A DNA stretch of 25,978 nucleotides from a virus. Lineage: Duplodnaviria; Caudoviricetes. Made by a program: the position numbers and the translations under genes. The stretch's first letter is position 1. Each line of letters begins with the position of its first letter. This document shows positions 15,071 to 24,758 of the stretch, in pieces. The notes under the pieces are model-generated. The model saw only the letters and a program-made list of their open reading frames with translations. It searched no databases and was not told the origin of the DNA. The stretch lies in the IMG/VR virus record IMGVR_UViG_3300029448_000371, positions 1 to 25,978 of that record; one strand, 5' to 3'.

Positions 15071-17592
15071 TGGCTAAACAAACTTTTGCATTTACAAATT
15101 TTACAGCTGGAAAACTATCTCCCAGGTTAGATGGTCGTACAGATTTAAATAAATATTATAATGGATGCAAAACTTTAACAAATTTTACAATACAGCCACA
15201 TGGCGGAGCTACTCGTAGACCAGGTACTAGATTTATCCACGAAGTTAAATCAAGTGCAAGTGCTGTACGATTAATACCTTTTGAATTTTCAACAACACAA
15301 ACTTATGTCATGGAGTTTGGAAATAGCTATATAAGATTTTATAAAGATAAAGGAATAATAACAGAAGGTGATAAAAGCATTTCTGCAATTACCCAGGCTA
15401 ATCCAGCGGTTGTTACTTCCAACTCACATGGTTATACAGATGGAGATCATGTCATTATTTCTGGTGTTGTAGGAATGACAGAATTAAATGGCAAAACATT
15501 TATTGTAGCCAATAAAACAACAAATACTTTTGAATTACAAAATGTAGACGCAGCAAATATTAATTCATCTGGGTTTACTGCCTACGCTTCAGCTGGAACA
15601 ATTAATAAAATTTATCAAATTACTTCGCCTTATGGAACTGCGGATCTACCAGATATAAAATTTGCACAATCCGCTGATCTAATGTACCTGGTGCATCCTA
15701 GCCATGCTATTAGAACTTTAACAAGAACTGGACATACATCCTGGACCTTAGCGACACCTTCGCTAACTGGATCAGTATCTCCAGCTCTAAACACAACTAC
15801 AGATAAATATCCTAGCTCTGTATCTTTTTTTGAACAGCGATTAGTGTTTGCTGGATCTAATGATAATCCTCAAACATTATGGTTTTCTAAAACTTCTGAT
15901 TATAATAATTTTACAACTGGATCTAATGATACAGATGCAATGGTCTACACTATTGCTAGTAATAAAGTTAATGCTATTAGATATCTATCAGCTCAAAGAA
16001 CTTTGATTGCTGGAACAGTTGGTGGAGAGTTTGTTGTAAGTGCTTCTGGTACTACATCCCCTCTTACACCGACTAATGTTCAAATCCAAAAACAGACAAA
16101 CTATGGATCTGCAAATGTTGATGCAGTACAAATTGCAAATGTAACCATGTTCTTACAAAGAGCTAAAAGAAAATTAAGAGAAATGGCATACAGCTATGAT
16201 TTTGATACTTATGTAGCTCCAGACATGACAATTTTATCAGAAGATATTACTGAAAGTGGTATCAATGAAATGTCTTACCAACAAGAGCCAGATAGTATTT
16301 TATGGTGTACTAGAACTGATGGAAAACTTATTGGACTTACTTATCAAAGAAACGAAGAAGTTGTGGGATGGCATGAACATCAAATTAGTGGCAAAGTAGA
16401 TACAACTAAAAATATTATTGCTCAAGGTATTGCATTTACCAGTAATAGCAGCAATGTATCTACCACAAATAATACTATTACAAAATCTAGTCATGGATTA
16501 TCTACTGGAGATGTCGTTTATTATTATGCAGCTTCCAATACTATTGGTGGTCTTAGTAATGGTATTTTTTATTATGTGATAGCTACTGATAGTAATACTG
16601 TAAAACTTGCAACAAGTGCAGCTAATGCTACCGCTGGAACTGCGATCTCATTAACATCTACCCCGGAAAATGATACAACTCAGTATTTATATCAAGGCGT
16701 AAATATTGCAAACAATACTCTTTTTTCTGCATCACATGGTTTTGAAACTGGAGATGAAATTTATTATGAAACATCTGGTACAGCTATAGGCGGTTTACAA
16801 GAAAATTTAAAATATTATGTAAAAAGAATTAATTTGAATGAATTTAAATTAAGCACGACAAAAGATTTAAAAAATATTGTGGTTTTAACTTCAGCTCCGA
16901 CAACTGAACAAACAGATAATATTTTTGCAAATGCTGTAGTAGAAAATATTGCAACAATACCAGGAGATGCTGATGAAGATGATCTTTACATGGTTGTTAA
17001 AAGAACTATTAACGGAGCTACACGCAGATATGTTGAATATTTAACAAGCTATGATTATGGAGAAACCATAGATAATGCTTTTTATTTAGACTCTGGATTA
17101 TCTTATTCTGGTGATCCTATTACATCAATTTCTGGACTCGATCATTTAGAGGGGGAACAAGTCACTATACTAGCAGATGGTTCTACCCATAGTGCAAAAA
17201 CAGTCAGCTCAGGAGCTATCTCCTTAGACCGATCTGCTAGTACCATACAAATTGGTTTAGGTTATGAAAGTATTTTGCAAACAATGCGTATTGAAGCTGG
17301 AGCTCAACAAGGTGTGGCTCAATCCAGAATTAAAAGAATACACGAAATAACATTAAGATTATTTAGATCAGTTGGTTTAGAAGTAGGATCTAACCTGGCT
17401 GATATGGAAACCATCCCATTTAGGACCAGCTCCGATGCGATGGATGTTGCAACATTAGAGTTTACTGGAGATAAAGACATAGAGTTTAGAGGAGATTTTG
17501 AAACTGATGGATATATATACATAAGGCAAACTCAGCCTTTGCCTACCAATGTTATAGGTATCTATCCTAGAGTTACTACGAATGAAGGGTAA
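15070..17592 (+). CDS. tail tubular protein B / nozzle (T7 gp12-like) with inserted beta domains
   Basis: NFTAGKLSP, GGATRRPGT, RLIPFEFS, FFEQRLVFAG, VVGWHEH and QTQPLP motifs. Confidence 0.9.
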   Translation: MAKQTFAFTNFTAGKLSPRLDGRTDLNKYYNGCKTLTNFTIQPHGGATRRPGTRFIHEVKSSASAVRLIPFEFSTTQTYVMEFGNSYIRFYKDKGIITEGDKSISAITQANPAVVTSNSHGYTDGDHVIISGVVGMTELNGKTFIVANKTTNTFELQNVDAANINSSGFTAYASAGTINKIYQITSPYGTADLPDIKFAQSADLMYLVHPSHAIRTLTRTGHTSWTLATPSLTGSVSPALNTTTDKYPSSVSFFEQRLVFAGSNDNPQTLWFSKTSDYNNFTTGSNDTDAMVYTIASNKVNAIRYLSAQRTLIAGTVGGEFVVSASGTTSPLTPTNVQIQKQTNYGSANVDAVQIANVTMFLQRAKRKLREMAYSYDFDTYVAPDMTILSEDITESGINEMSYQQEPDSILWCTRTDGKLIGLTYQRNEEVVGWHEHQISGKVDTTKNIIAQGIAFTSNSSNVSTTNNTITKSSHGLSTGDVVYYYAASNTIGGLSNGIFYYVIATDSNTVKLATSAANATAGTAISLTSTPENDTTQYLYQGVNIANNTLFSASHGFETGDEIYYETSGTAIGGLQENLKYYVKRINLNEFKLSTTKDLKNIVVLTSAPTTEQTDNIFANAVVENIATIPGDADEDDLYMVVKRTINGATRRYVEYLTSYDYGETIDNAFYLDSGLSYSGDPITSISGLDHLEGEQVTILADGSTHSAKTVSSGAISLDRSASTIQIGLGYESILQTMRIEAGAQQGVAQSRIKRIHEITLRLFRSVGLEVGSNLADMETIPFRTSSDAMDVATLEFTGDKDIEFRGDFETDGYIYIRQTQPLPTNVIGIYPRVTTNEG

Positions 17593-18031
17593 ATTAAAAT
17601 TAATACCTTTTAAAAAAGAACACGCACAGTTTTTATCAAACAATCTTATGAACGATCCCAGGGTTCAAATTGATAAAAATTTTGTAAATAATTTTAAATA
17701 TTTAGAAGAAGATAATTTAAGTTTTTCTGCTGTTTATAAAGATACCCTTGTTGTAAGTGGAGGTATTACTCCTTTATGGGAAGGTGTTTATGAAGGATGG
17801 GTAATGGCTTCACAGGAAATTTGGAATTTTAAATTAGAAGCTGCTTATATTATTAAAAAAAAAACAGAGGAGCTTTGCAAAACTAATAATGTTGTCAGAT
17901 TGCAAACAGCTGTAAAAAGTGATTTCAAACTTGGTCATCGATTTGCAAGTTGGCTAGGATTACAAAAAGAAGGAATAATGAAAAAATATATTTTAAATCA
18001 AGATCATATTAGATATGCGAGGGTAAAGTAA
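17582..18031 (+). CDS. GNAT-fold protein (T7 gp13-like position)
   Basis: GGITPLWEGVYEGW, RLQTAV and RFASWLGLQKEG motifs. Confidence 0.75.
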   Translation: MKGKLKLIPFKKEHAQFLSNNLMNDPRVQIDKNFVNNFKYLEEDNLSFSAVYKDTLVVSGGITPLWEGVYEGWVMASQEIWNFKLEAAYIIKKKTEELCKTNNVVRLQTAVKSDFKLGHRFASWLGLQKEGIMKKYILNQDHIRYARVK

Positions 18032-18531
18032 TGGCAGTCACTCCCTTATTAATGGCAAGTGCAGCTGTTACAACTGTAGCTACTATCCAATCTGCAAACG
18101 CTGCTAGTGCAGCTGCTAATTATGAAAATAGTATTTTAGATAGAAATGCAAAAGTTGCAGAACAAAATGCAGAGCAATCTATCAAAAGAGGTGAATACCA
18201 AGTTGATAGATTTAAAAAAGAATTTGACAGCTCCCTGGCATCGACAGAAGCAAACTATGCTATTTCTGGTATTCGATTAGATGAAGGAACACCAATACAA
18301 GTAATGAAAGATGCATTTGTAGAAGCAGAAGTAGAAAAAGAAAGCATTATGTATAATGCAAAAATAGAGTCTGGTGAATTTAAAGAGTCAGCTATAAATG
18401 CCAGGTTACAAAGAGATGCTAATACATTTAGAGCTCGACAAAACAGAACTGCATCATTTTACAGAGTTGGACAAACATTATTGGGAACAGCATCCCAGGT
18501 AAGCATGATTAATAAATATGGAGTTACATAA
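18031..18531 (+). CDS. internal virion/ejection protein (gp14-like)
   Basis: Ala-rich N-terminus, YAISGI..EGTP motif; synteny. Confidence 0.75.
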   Translation: MAVTPLLMASAAVTTVATIQSANAASAAANYENSILDRNAKVAEQNAEQSIKRGEYQVDRFKKEFDSSLASTEANYAISGIRLDEGTPIQVMKDAFVEAEVEKESIMYNAKIESGEFKESAINARLQRDANTFRARQNRTASFYRVGQTLLGTASQVSMINKYGVT

Positions 18532-20861
18532 TGGCACAAATACCTACTTATAAATCTCAAAGTGGTTTGAGAGCTGGAACTGGTAATACACAGCTTAGTG
18601 TTCCTGGAGGATTACAAGAGGCAGCCGCAGCTCCAGCTAATGCTCTAGCAGAGCTTGGTAAAACTGGTATGGATATGTCAGTTAAGTTTTTTGCACAGCA
18701 AAAAGCAATAGAACGAGAAAATTTATTAGCTGCTAATTATGAAAAGTTTTTAATTGGTGATGATAACAATCAAGGTTTCAATTTAATCAAAGCAGATGCA
18801 ATGTCTAAAGGAGATACCGCAGCTCTTGAAAATTTTAAAATGTTATCTGAAAATTATTACAATCAAATTTTGTCTACTATTGATGATGATGTTGTAAAAA
18901 GAGCATTTCAAGAAAAATACAATGATACTTTTGCCTCTAATTTTATTGATGTTCAATCCCAGGTTTATCAAAATAATATTGATAAAGGAAAAGAAACTCT
19001 GGCACAAAATATCAACAACTCAACAAATCGATTTGTAAATGGTTTTAATCAGTCAGAAAAAAATAAAGGTTTTAGTGAAATAGAACTAGAAATAGACAAA
19101 GCGATAGAATTGGGAATTGTAGATCCAGGCAGCAAAGATAAAATTTTATACGCAGCTCATGAGGTTGCATACAAAACAGATTTAAAACAACAAATAAATA
19201 CAAATCCCCAGGCAGTAATAGATAAAATAGAAGGCGGACTCTATAATGATTTAATTAATGCTGAGGATTTAAGTACAATAAAAAATTCTGCTCTATCTGC
19301 TGTCAGTAAAAACAACACAGAATATATTACAAATTTAACAACTAATGGTGATATTAAAAAAGAAAAATTAGAGGGTTATATAGAGTCTATAGAATTATTT
19401 GAAGCTCCAGATATGGAAAGAGTAAATGCTTTAGTTACAGAATTAGCATCAATAGACCAAGCTCGTGTTGCAGTTGGCAAAACACCAAAATATACAGATA
19501 CTATTGAAGATTATAAAGATGCTGTATTTGCATTTAATTATTTAGAAGGTATTAAAAATAATCCATCATTAGCAGATGAAATTGTTGCTCAAATAGAAAA
19601 AGAAATATCTGATGACAGAGCATTAGGTAACGATCCAAACAATTCATTAATCAAAGCCAGAGACAAGGCTATTGTTTTAAGAGATAAAATTAATAAAGAG
19701 TCCATAACCGATAATAATGTTTTACAACAAGAATTAGGAAATCCAGGATTACCAGATGTAGATTTTTTTTCAGATCCAATAACTTTTCAAACACAAATTA
19801 AAGGTGATGGAGCTGGTAGTTATAAAGAAATTATAACTAATAATGCTAATCGTATGAATATTGGTGTTCAATATTTTACAGACAATTCATTTAATAAAAT
19901 TGAAGAAAAATTAAAAACAGCTAACTATGATGATTTTGTAAATTTTTTTACAAATATTTCTAATGTAGCTGGTAAAGATACCATTGATATTTTTAATGAA
20001 TTTAAAGATTTAGATCCAGGCTTAGCTCATATTGGAATGATAATAAATCAGAATGATGGCAAAATTACAAAGCCAATGCAAAGTGCTATTAAGGGTTACA
20101 TATCTGGAAGAGATCAGAATAACAAAGATGTTTTTAGTAAGATGCCTGATGATTGGAAAATTGAAATTAACAATGAATTTTTTAATTCTGCATACGATGA
20201 AAAACAAATGCTTGGACTTAAAGATCAAATATTACAAGCTGGTAATTATATATTTTTAGATAAATTAAAAGAGTCTGATTATTTTAATGAAATGGCAAAA
20301 TCTGATTTTGCAACTGGAACATCATTTAATTTAGATGGAGATGATAAATTTACAAATTTATATAAAGACTCATTGCAAGAGGCAGCTGGTCGAATACAAA
20401 AAAATGGTCTTTATTATGGAGGCTTTCTAGAGCATGGACCAAACAATTTTATAATTATTCCAAATAACATTAGAAATGATTTTGATATTACAGATGCATT
20501 AGAAGAAGGATTGACAGATGAATTATATAACATGGCTACATTTGTTATTAGACCAAGAGTGCCAATGCCTGGCAATTTAGAAACTGAGTCTACAGAATTT
20601 GCAGCTGATTTTACAGAAACACCACAAGGACATTTTGATGGACAACCAATAGATGATTGGAAAGATTTTTTCTTTGAAAAAGAAAGTATTTACTTTTCTA
20701 ATTATGAAGAAGCTAATGGTGTTTATTATATTCACTATAACAATCCCAATGAGCCTGGATCAAAAATTTATACTGATAAAGAAGGTAGACCAATATTATT
20801 TGATCTTGCCAATATATACGATGAATTAAATAAAAATTTAGATGAATTGCAATCCAAATGA
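18531..20861 (+). CDS. internal virion/ejection protein (gp15-like)
   Basis: MAQIPTY start, long helical acidic protein; synteny. Confidence 0.7.
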   Translation: MAQIPTYKSQSGLRAGTGNTQLSVPGGLQEAAAAPANALAELGKTGMDMSVKFFAQQKAIERENLLAANYEKFLIGDDNNQGFNLIKADAMSKGDTAALENFKMLSENYYNQILSTIDDDVVKRAFQEKYNDTFASNFIDVQSQVYQNNIDKGKETLAQNINNSTNRFVNGFNQSEKNKGFSEIELEIDKAIELGIVDPGSKDKILYAAHEVAYKTDLKQQINTNPQAVIDKIEGGLYNDLINAEDLSTIKNSALSAVSKNNTEYITNLTTNGDIKKEKLEGYIESIELFEAPDMERVNALVTELASIDQARVAVGKTPKYTDTIEDYKDAVFAFNYLEGIKNNPSLADEIVAQIEKEISDDRALGNDPNNSLIKARDKAIVLRDKINKESITDNNVLQQELGNPGLPDVDFFSDPITFQTQIKGDGAGSYKEIITNNANRMNIGVQYFTDNSFNKIEEKLKTANYDDFVNFFTNISNVAGKDTIDIFNEFKDLDPGLAHIGMIINQNDGKITKPMQSAIKGYISGRDQNNKDVFSKMPDDWKIEINNEFFNSAYDEKQMLGLKDQILQAGNYIFLDKLKESDYFNEMAKSDFATGTSFNLDGDDKFTNLYKDSLQEAAGRIQKNGLYYGGFLEHGPNNFIIIPNNIRNDFDITDALEEGLTDELYNMATFVIRPRVPMPGNLETESTEFAADFTETPQGHFDGQPIDDWKDFFFEKESIYFSNYEEANGVYYIHYNNPNEPGSKIYTDKEGRPILFDLANIYDELNKNLDELQSK

Positions 20862-21388
20862 ATAAAATACAATGGGATTTTATAAGTGAATGTGAAGGTA
20901 AAGGAATAACAGTTGGTTATCAGCCTACTAATAATTCTGGTGTTACAATAGCTACTGGTTTTGATTTAAAAGAAAAAGATGATGTGTTTTGTAGATCTAT
21001 TGGTATTTCAGAACCTATTATAGAAAAATTTATAAAATATTTTGGATTGTCTGGATCTCATGCAGCTAAAGTTGCAAAAAATTTAACGCTAAGTGAAGAA
21101 GAAGTTTTTGAAGTTGATGTCTGTAGTAAAAAATATTATTCCAAAAATTTAATTAAACAATTCAATAATTTTAAGCCAGTAAAAAAATTTGAAGAATTAA
21201 CAAGTGAACAACAAACTGTATTGGCATCAGTTGGATTTCAATATGGATCTTACTCCAGGACTCCAACTTTTATTAAATACGCAGCTCATGGTGAGTGGGA
21301 TAATGTGATAAATGAACTTAATAATTTTGGTGATGCTTATGAAACCAGAAGAAAAAAGGAAGCAGCATTTTTAAATGGCAAGATTTGA
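20858..21388 (+). CDS. pesticin C-terminal-like muramidase (T4-lysozyme-type fold)
   Basis: WDFISECEG...GYQP..NSGVTIATGFDL, QTVLASVGFQYG and RRKKEA motifs. Confidence 0.82.
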   Translation: MNKIQWDFISECEGKGITVGYQPTNNSGVTIATGFDLKEKDDVFCRSIGISEPIIEKFIKYFGLSGSHAAKVAKNLTLSEEEVFEVDVCSKKYYSKNLIKQFNNFKPVKKFEELTSEQQTVLASVGFQYGSYSRTPTFIKYAAHGEWDNVINELNNFGDAYETRRKKEAAFLNGKI

Positions 21389-24300
21389 AATTGGCAAACA
21401 AGACAAAAAATCTTTTTTTACAGATACCAAAACATCAGCATATAATTTTTTTGGTGATAAAACAGCTGTAGCTAAACCGACTGAATATCGTAAAGCTCTA
21501 AATTTTATACCTATCTCAGATACCGCAGAAAAAATACAATCACAATTTCGAAATTCTATATCAGAAATATCTAATGTTGCTGATGATTTAGAAAAATCCA
21601 ATGATGATTTTTATGCTGTGTCTGGTATTCGTTTGCCTGGATTGCTTGATTATGTAGCAGAAGTAGACGATCAATTTATGGAAAAAACTTTTTTGAGTGA
21701 GACACAACAAAGAGTTTTAAGTGATGCTGATGGTCGAGAAACATTTGGAGGTACTATTACTTCAGATGCACATAGAGATGCAAAAATAGCCTGGATTGAA
21801 AATGAAAAAGAATTATGGCATCAATCAAATCGTGATAAATCTTTTCAGCCTTATAGTTATTATTATGATTTAACAAAAAAAGAATTAGCAAAATTAGAAC
21901 AGCAATTGGCAATTGAAAGCCAATATGCAGATGAAGGATCATTGTTGCCAAACATGATGGGTTCATTAAAAGGTGTTCATAAAGATCCCTTAATACTTGC
22001 TCAATATCCTTTAGCATTATCTTATGGTGGTAATTTTAAAACCTGGGGTAATGTTGCTAAAATGGCATTTACTGAATTTGCCATTGCAACAAGTTTTGAA
22101 ACTGCCATACAAAGTAAAGTTGTTTCATATAACCAGGAATTAGGATCTGATTATAACTGGACCGATGCGATGAAAGTTATTGGTCTAACTGGTGTGGGTG
22201 CAGCTGCTGGTGTTGGAGGTATTGGAGCTACTGTTAAAGGAACTGCTGCTGCTTACACAAAAATTTTTAAAAGTTCAAAAAATGCAAAAATAAAAGATAT
22301 TGCAAAAGAGTTAAATAAAAATATTGATGCTGGAAATATTAATGACTTTGAGGCTTTTTTTAGATTTATCGATGAAAGTATGTCAGATTTTAATGCTAAG
22401 GATTATTCTGATTTGCTGGAGCTCGTGCCAGAAAAAACAAGCACAGCTAATAATGTAGAACAAGTATTAAAAGCAGAGTCTATAATTAATGATAGTAATC
22501 CCTTTCCAGATACTCCAAGTGCACAGCTTGAACATATTGATAGAGCTAACAAAGCCAATAAAAAATTATTAAACGATCACAATGATGTTATTTCAGATGA
22601 AACAATCCATGAAATAAATCCAAACACAACACCAAGTAAATTTGAAATATTAGATCCAGATGATATAGAAATAGATGCTGATTTTTTTCAATTTAAAACA
22701 GATCCCTCACAAGATGAGTTTGGTGTTTCTAAAAAATTACAAGGTATTACAAAATGGAATCAAGACGCTGCTAATGTAATTTTAGTTTGGGAAAGAGCTG
22801 ATGGAGTTAAATTTATTGCAGATGGTCATCAACGATTAGGATTAGCTAAAAGAATAAAAGCTCAAAATGATGGTCAAAAAATAGAGCTTAGAGCTAGTGT
22901 TTATCGTGAGGTAGATGGCTATAACAGAGAAGATTTATTTGTAAAAGCTGCGGTTGTTAATGTTATTAATGAAACCGCTGAAGCTGCGGACCTGGCTAAA
23001 GTTGTAAGACAATATGGATCTGCATCTACTGCGTATGCTTTTGAAGTAGCTCCTCGTAATAGTATTTGGAGAACTGCTAATGACCTAGCAGAGCTAGATC
23101 CAATGGCTTGGAATTTTTATTTGAATAATAAAATTGATGATAAGGTTGCAGCTGCGGTTGGAAGGCTTGTTAAAGATAAAGATTTACATATCCAGGCATT
23201 GGAATATTTATCCAAAAATAAATATCCTAATCAAGTACAATTAGAGTCAGCCATAAGTGATTTATTAAATGCTGGTCAAACAGTATCTAAAACAGAAGAT
23301 TTATTTGGTGAGCAAGTTGTAAAAGAATTTTTAATTAATGAAAGAGCTGCGGTATTAGATAGAGGTATAAAACAACTTCAAAGAGATAAATCAATATCTG
23401 GTTACTTAGTTAAAAATGACGAAGCAATACAAAAAGGCGGTAAGAACAAACTTAACAATGAATACAATAAAAAAATTCACGATGAAACCGCTATAACACT
23501 AGAAAAAATAATCAAACTAGCTAAAATGAAAGGAGAGCTGTCCGATGAATTAACAGCGGCAGCAAAATTATATAAAGATGGCAATAAAAAAGAAGCAATT
23601 AGATATTTTAAAGAAGCTGCCAGAAGGTCGATTGGATCAGATGATCTTAGAGGGATTAGCACAAGTGGAAGCGAACGGCTACCAGTATCTGAGGGATATC
23701 AACAACCGAAACCAAAAGATCCTCCAAAATCAGAAACCACCAAAAGTTTAGACGAATTTGAAGATCCCCATGATGGGAGCTCTGCTTTAAAAATTGCTGA
23801 TGATGAGTTAGAAGATTTAGTTGAAAATCAGTCTAAAAGATCTGGTGATCTAGCTACAGCTGCTAGATCTATTCCGCCTTCTGGTGAAATAAGCCAATCT
23901 CCAGTTTTAGGATCTCGTGCTACTACTACAGACGAGCCATCAACTGTTTTTGCCAATGCTACTGCAATCCCATTAAAATCTCGTATCGAGGTTACTAGTT
24001 CTATTGGTGATGTGAGTTCCATTTCTGGTTTAAGAATACTTCAAATAACAGATAATATCAATGATCTTTACAAATTAGCCAAAAAAAATATTAAAGGTAT
24101 AAAAAATGAACTGCAATCTGTGGCTAAAAATTATGAAAAAACTAATGTTATAGCCAATTTAAAAGAAAAAAATACTTTACTCGAGAATATAGCTATAAAG
24201 CAAAAAACTTTTAAAAATGCTTCTGCGGCTAACGAACCAGATATTGCTAGAGGAGCAATTCTAGTTGAAAATTTATCTGATATACCAAATATTATAAAAG

Positions 24301-24758
24301 ACATAGAAGCAAAATTTAAAGTTACAAAAGAACCTAATAATTATTTTTTAAGACCAAAAAGAGGTTATCGTGCAGTTCATATTCAGTTATTGACTAAAGA
24401 TGGATTGGGTTTTGAATTACAAATACATCATAAAGATTTATTTAAATTATATAAAGTTCAAAGAAAAAGAGAAGATGGATATAATGCCTATAAAAAATTA
24501 CGAAAACCTACACCAGAACAAGAAAAAAGATTTGAAGCAGCTGCGTTAAGAGATAAAGCTGAAACAAGCGATCTATTTAAAAAAATACAGGATGAAGAAG
24601 ATTTACAAACAATACAAAAATTAGATGAAGATTATGAAATTGAAGTCACATTAGATGATGGAACGATGATGAATAAAACAACAAGAGAGATGTTTGATGA
24701 CATCCAGGATGATCGAAAAATCATTGACACTCTCGCTGCTTGTCCAGGGATACAATAA
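21375..24758 (+). CDS. large multidomain ejection-type protein with a Gly/Ala hydrophobic segment, ParB-like domain and RelA/SpoT-like domain
   Basis: ParB-like ILVWERADGVKFIADGHQRL (about 22780-22840). RelA/SpoT-like LKEK...DIARGAILV...NYFLRPKRGYRAVH...FELQIH (about 24160-24430). Confidence 0.8.
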   Translation: MARFEIGKQDKKSFFTDTKTSAYNFFGDKTAVAKPTEYRKALNFIPISDTAEKIQSQFRNSISEISNVADDLEKSNDDFYAVSGIRLPGLLDYVAEVDDQFMEKTFLSETQQRVLSDADGRETFGGTITSDAHRDAKIAWIENEKELWHQSNRDKSFQPYSYYYDLTKKELAKLEQQLAIESQYADEGSLLPNMMGSLKGVHKDPLILAQYPLALSYGGNFKTWGNVAKMAFTEFAIATSFETAIQSKVVSYNQELGSDYNWTDAMKVIGLTGVGAAAGVGGIGATVKGTAAAYTKIFKSSKNAKIKDIAKELNKNIDAGNINDFEAFFRFIDESMSDFNAKDYSDLLELVPEKTSTANNVEQVLKAESIINDSNPFPDTPSAQLEHIDRANKANKKLLNDHNDVISDETIHEINPNTTPSKFEILDPDDIEIDADFFQFKTDPSQDEFGVSKKLQGITKWNQDAANVILVWERADGVKFIADGHQRLGLAKRIKAQNDGQKIELRASVYREVDGYNREDLFVKAAVVNVINETAEAADLAKVVRQYGSASTAYAFEVAPRNSIWRTANDLAELDPMAWNFYLNNKIDDKVAAAVGRLVKDKDLHIQALEYLSKNKYPNQVQLESAISDLLNAGQTVSKTEDLFGEQVVKEFLINERAAVLDRGIKQLQRDKSISGYLVKNDEAIQKGGKNKLNNEYNKKIHDETAITLEKIIKLAKMKGELSDELTAAAKLYKDGNKKEAIRYFKEAARRSIGSDDLRGISTSGSERLPVSEGYQQPKPKDPPKSETTKSLDEFEDPHDGSSALKIADDELEDLVENQSKRSGDLATAARSIPPSGEISQSPVLGSRATTTDEPSTVFANATAIPLKSRIEVTSSIGDVSSISGLRILQITDNINDLYKLAKKNIKGIKNELQSVAKNYEKTNVIANLKEKNTLLENIAIKQKTFKNASAANEPDIARGAILVENLSDIPNIIKDIEAKFKVTKEPNNYFLRPKRGYRAVHIQLLTKDGLGFELQIHHKDLFKLYKVQRKREDGYNAYKKLRKPTPEQEKRFEAAALRDKAETSDLFKKIQDEEDLQTIQKLDEDYEIEVTLDDGTMMNKTTREMFDDIQDDRKIIDTLAACPGIQ
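23828..24022 (-). CDS. nested antisense gene (64 aa), candidate antitoxin/immunity protein
   Basis: Protein-like sequence while the + frame is a Ser/Thr-rich linker; dedicated promoter directly upstream. Confidence 0.6.
   Translation of the reverse strand: MELTSPIELVTSIRDFNGIAVALAKTVDGSSVVVARDPKTGDWLISPEGGIDLAAVARSPDLLD
24033..24061 (-). promoter_or_regulatory. sigma70-like promoter for the nested antisense gene
   Basis: TTGATA (24061-24056), 17 bp, TATTCT (24038-24033), 10 nt before ATG 24022. Confidence 0.55.

Noticed and set aside
23477-23662. Second nested antisense ORF in the large gene
   Set aside because: Leu/Ser/Phe-rich shadow of a helical Lys/Glu-rich + frame, unlike 23828-24022.
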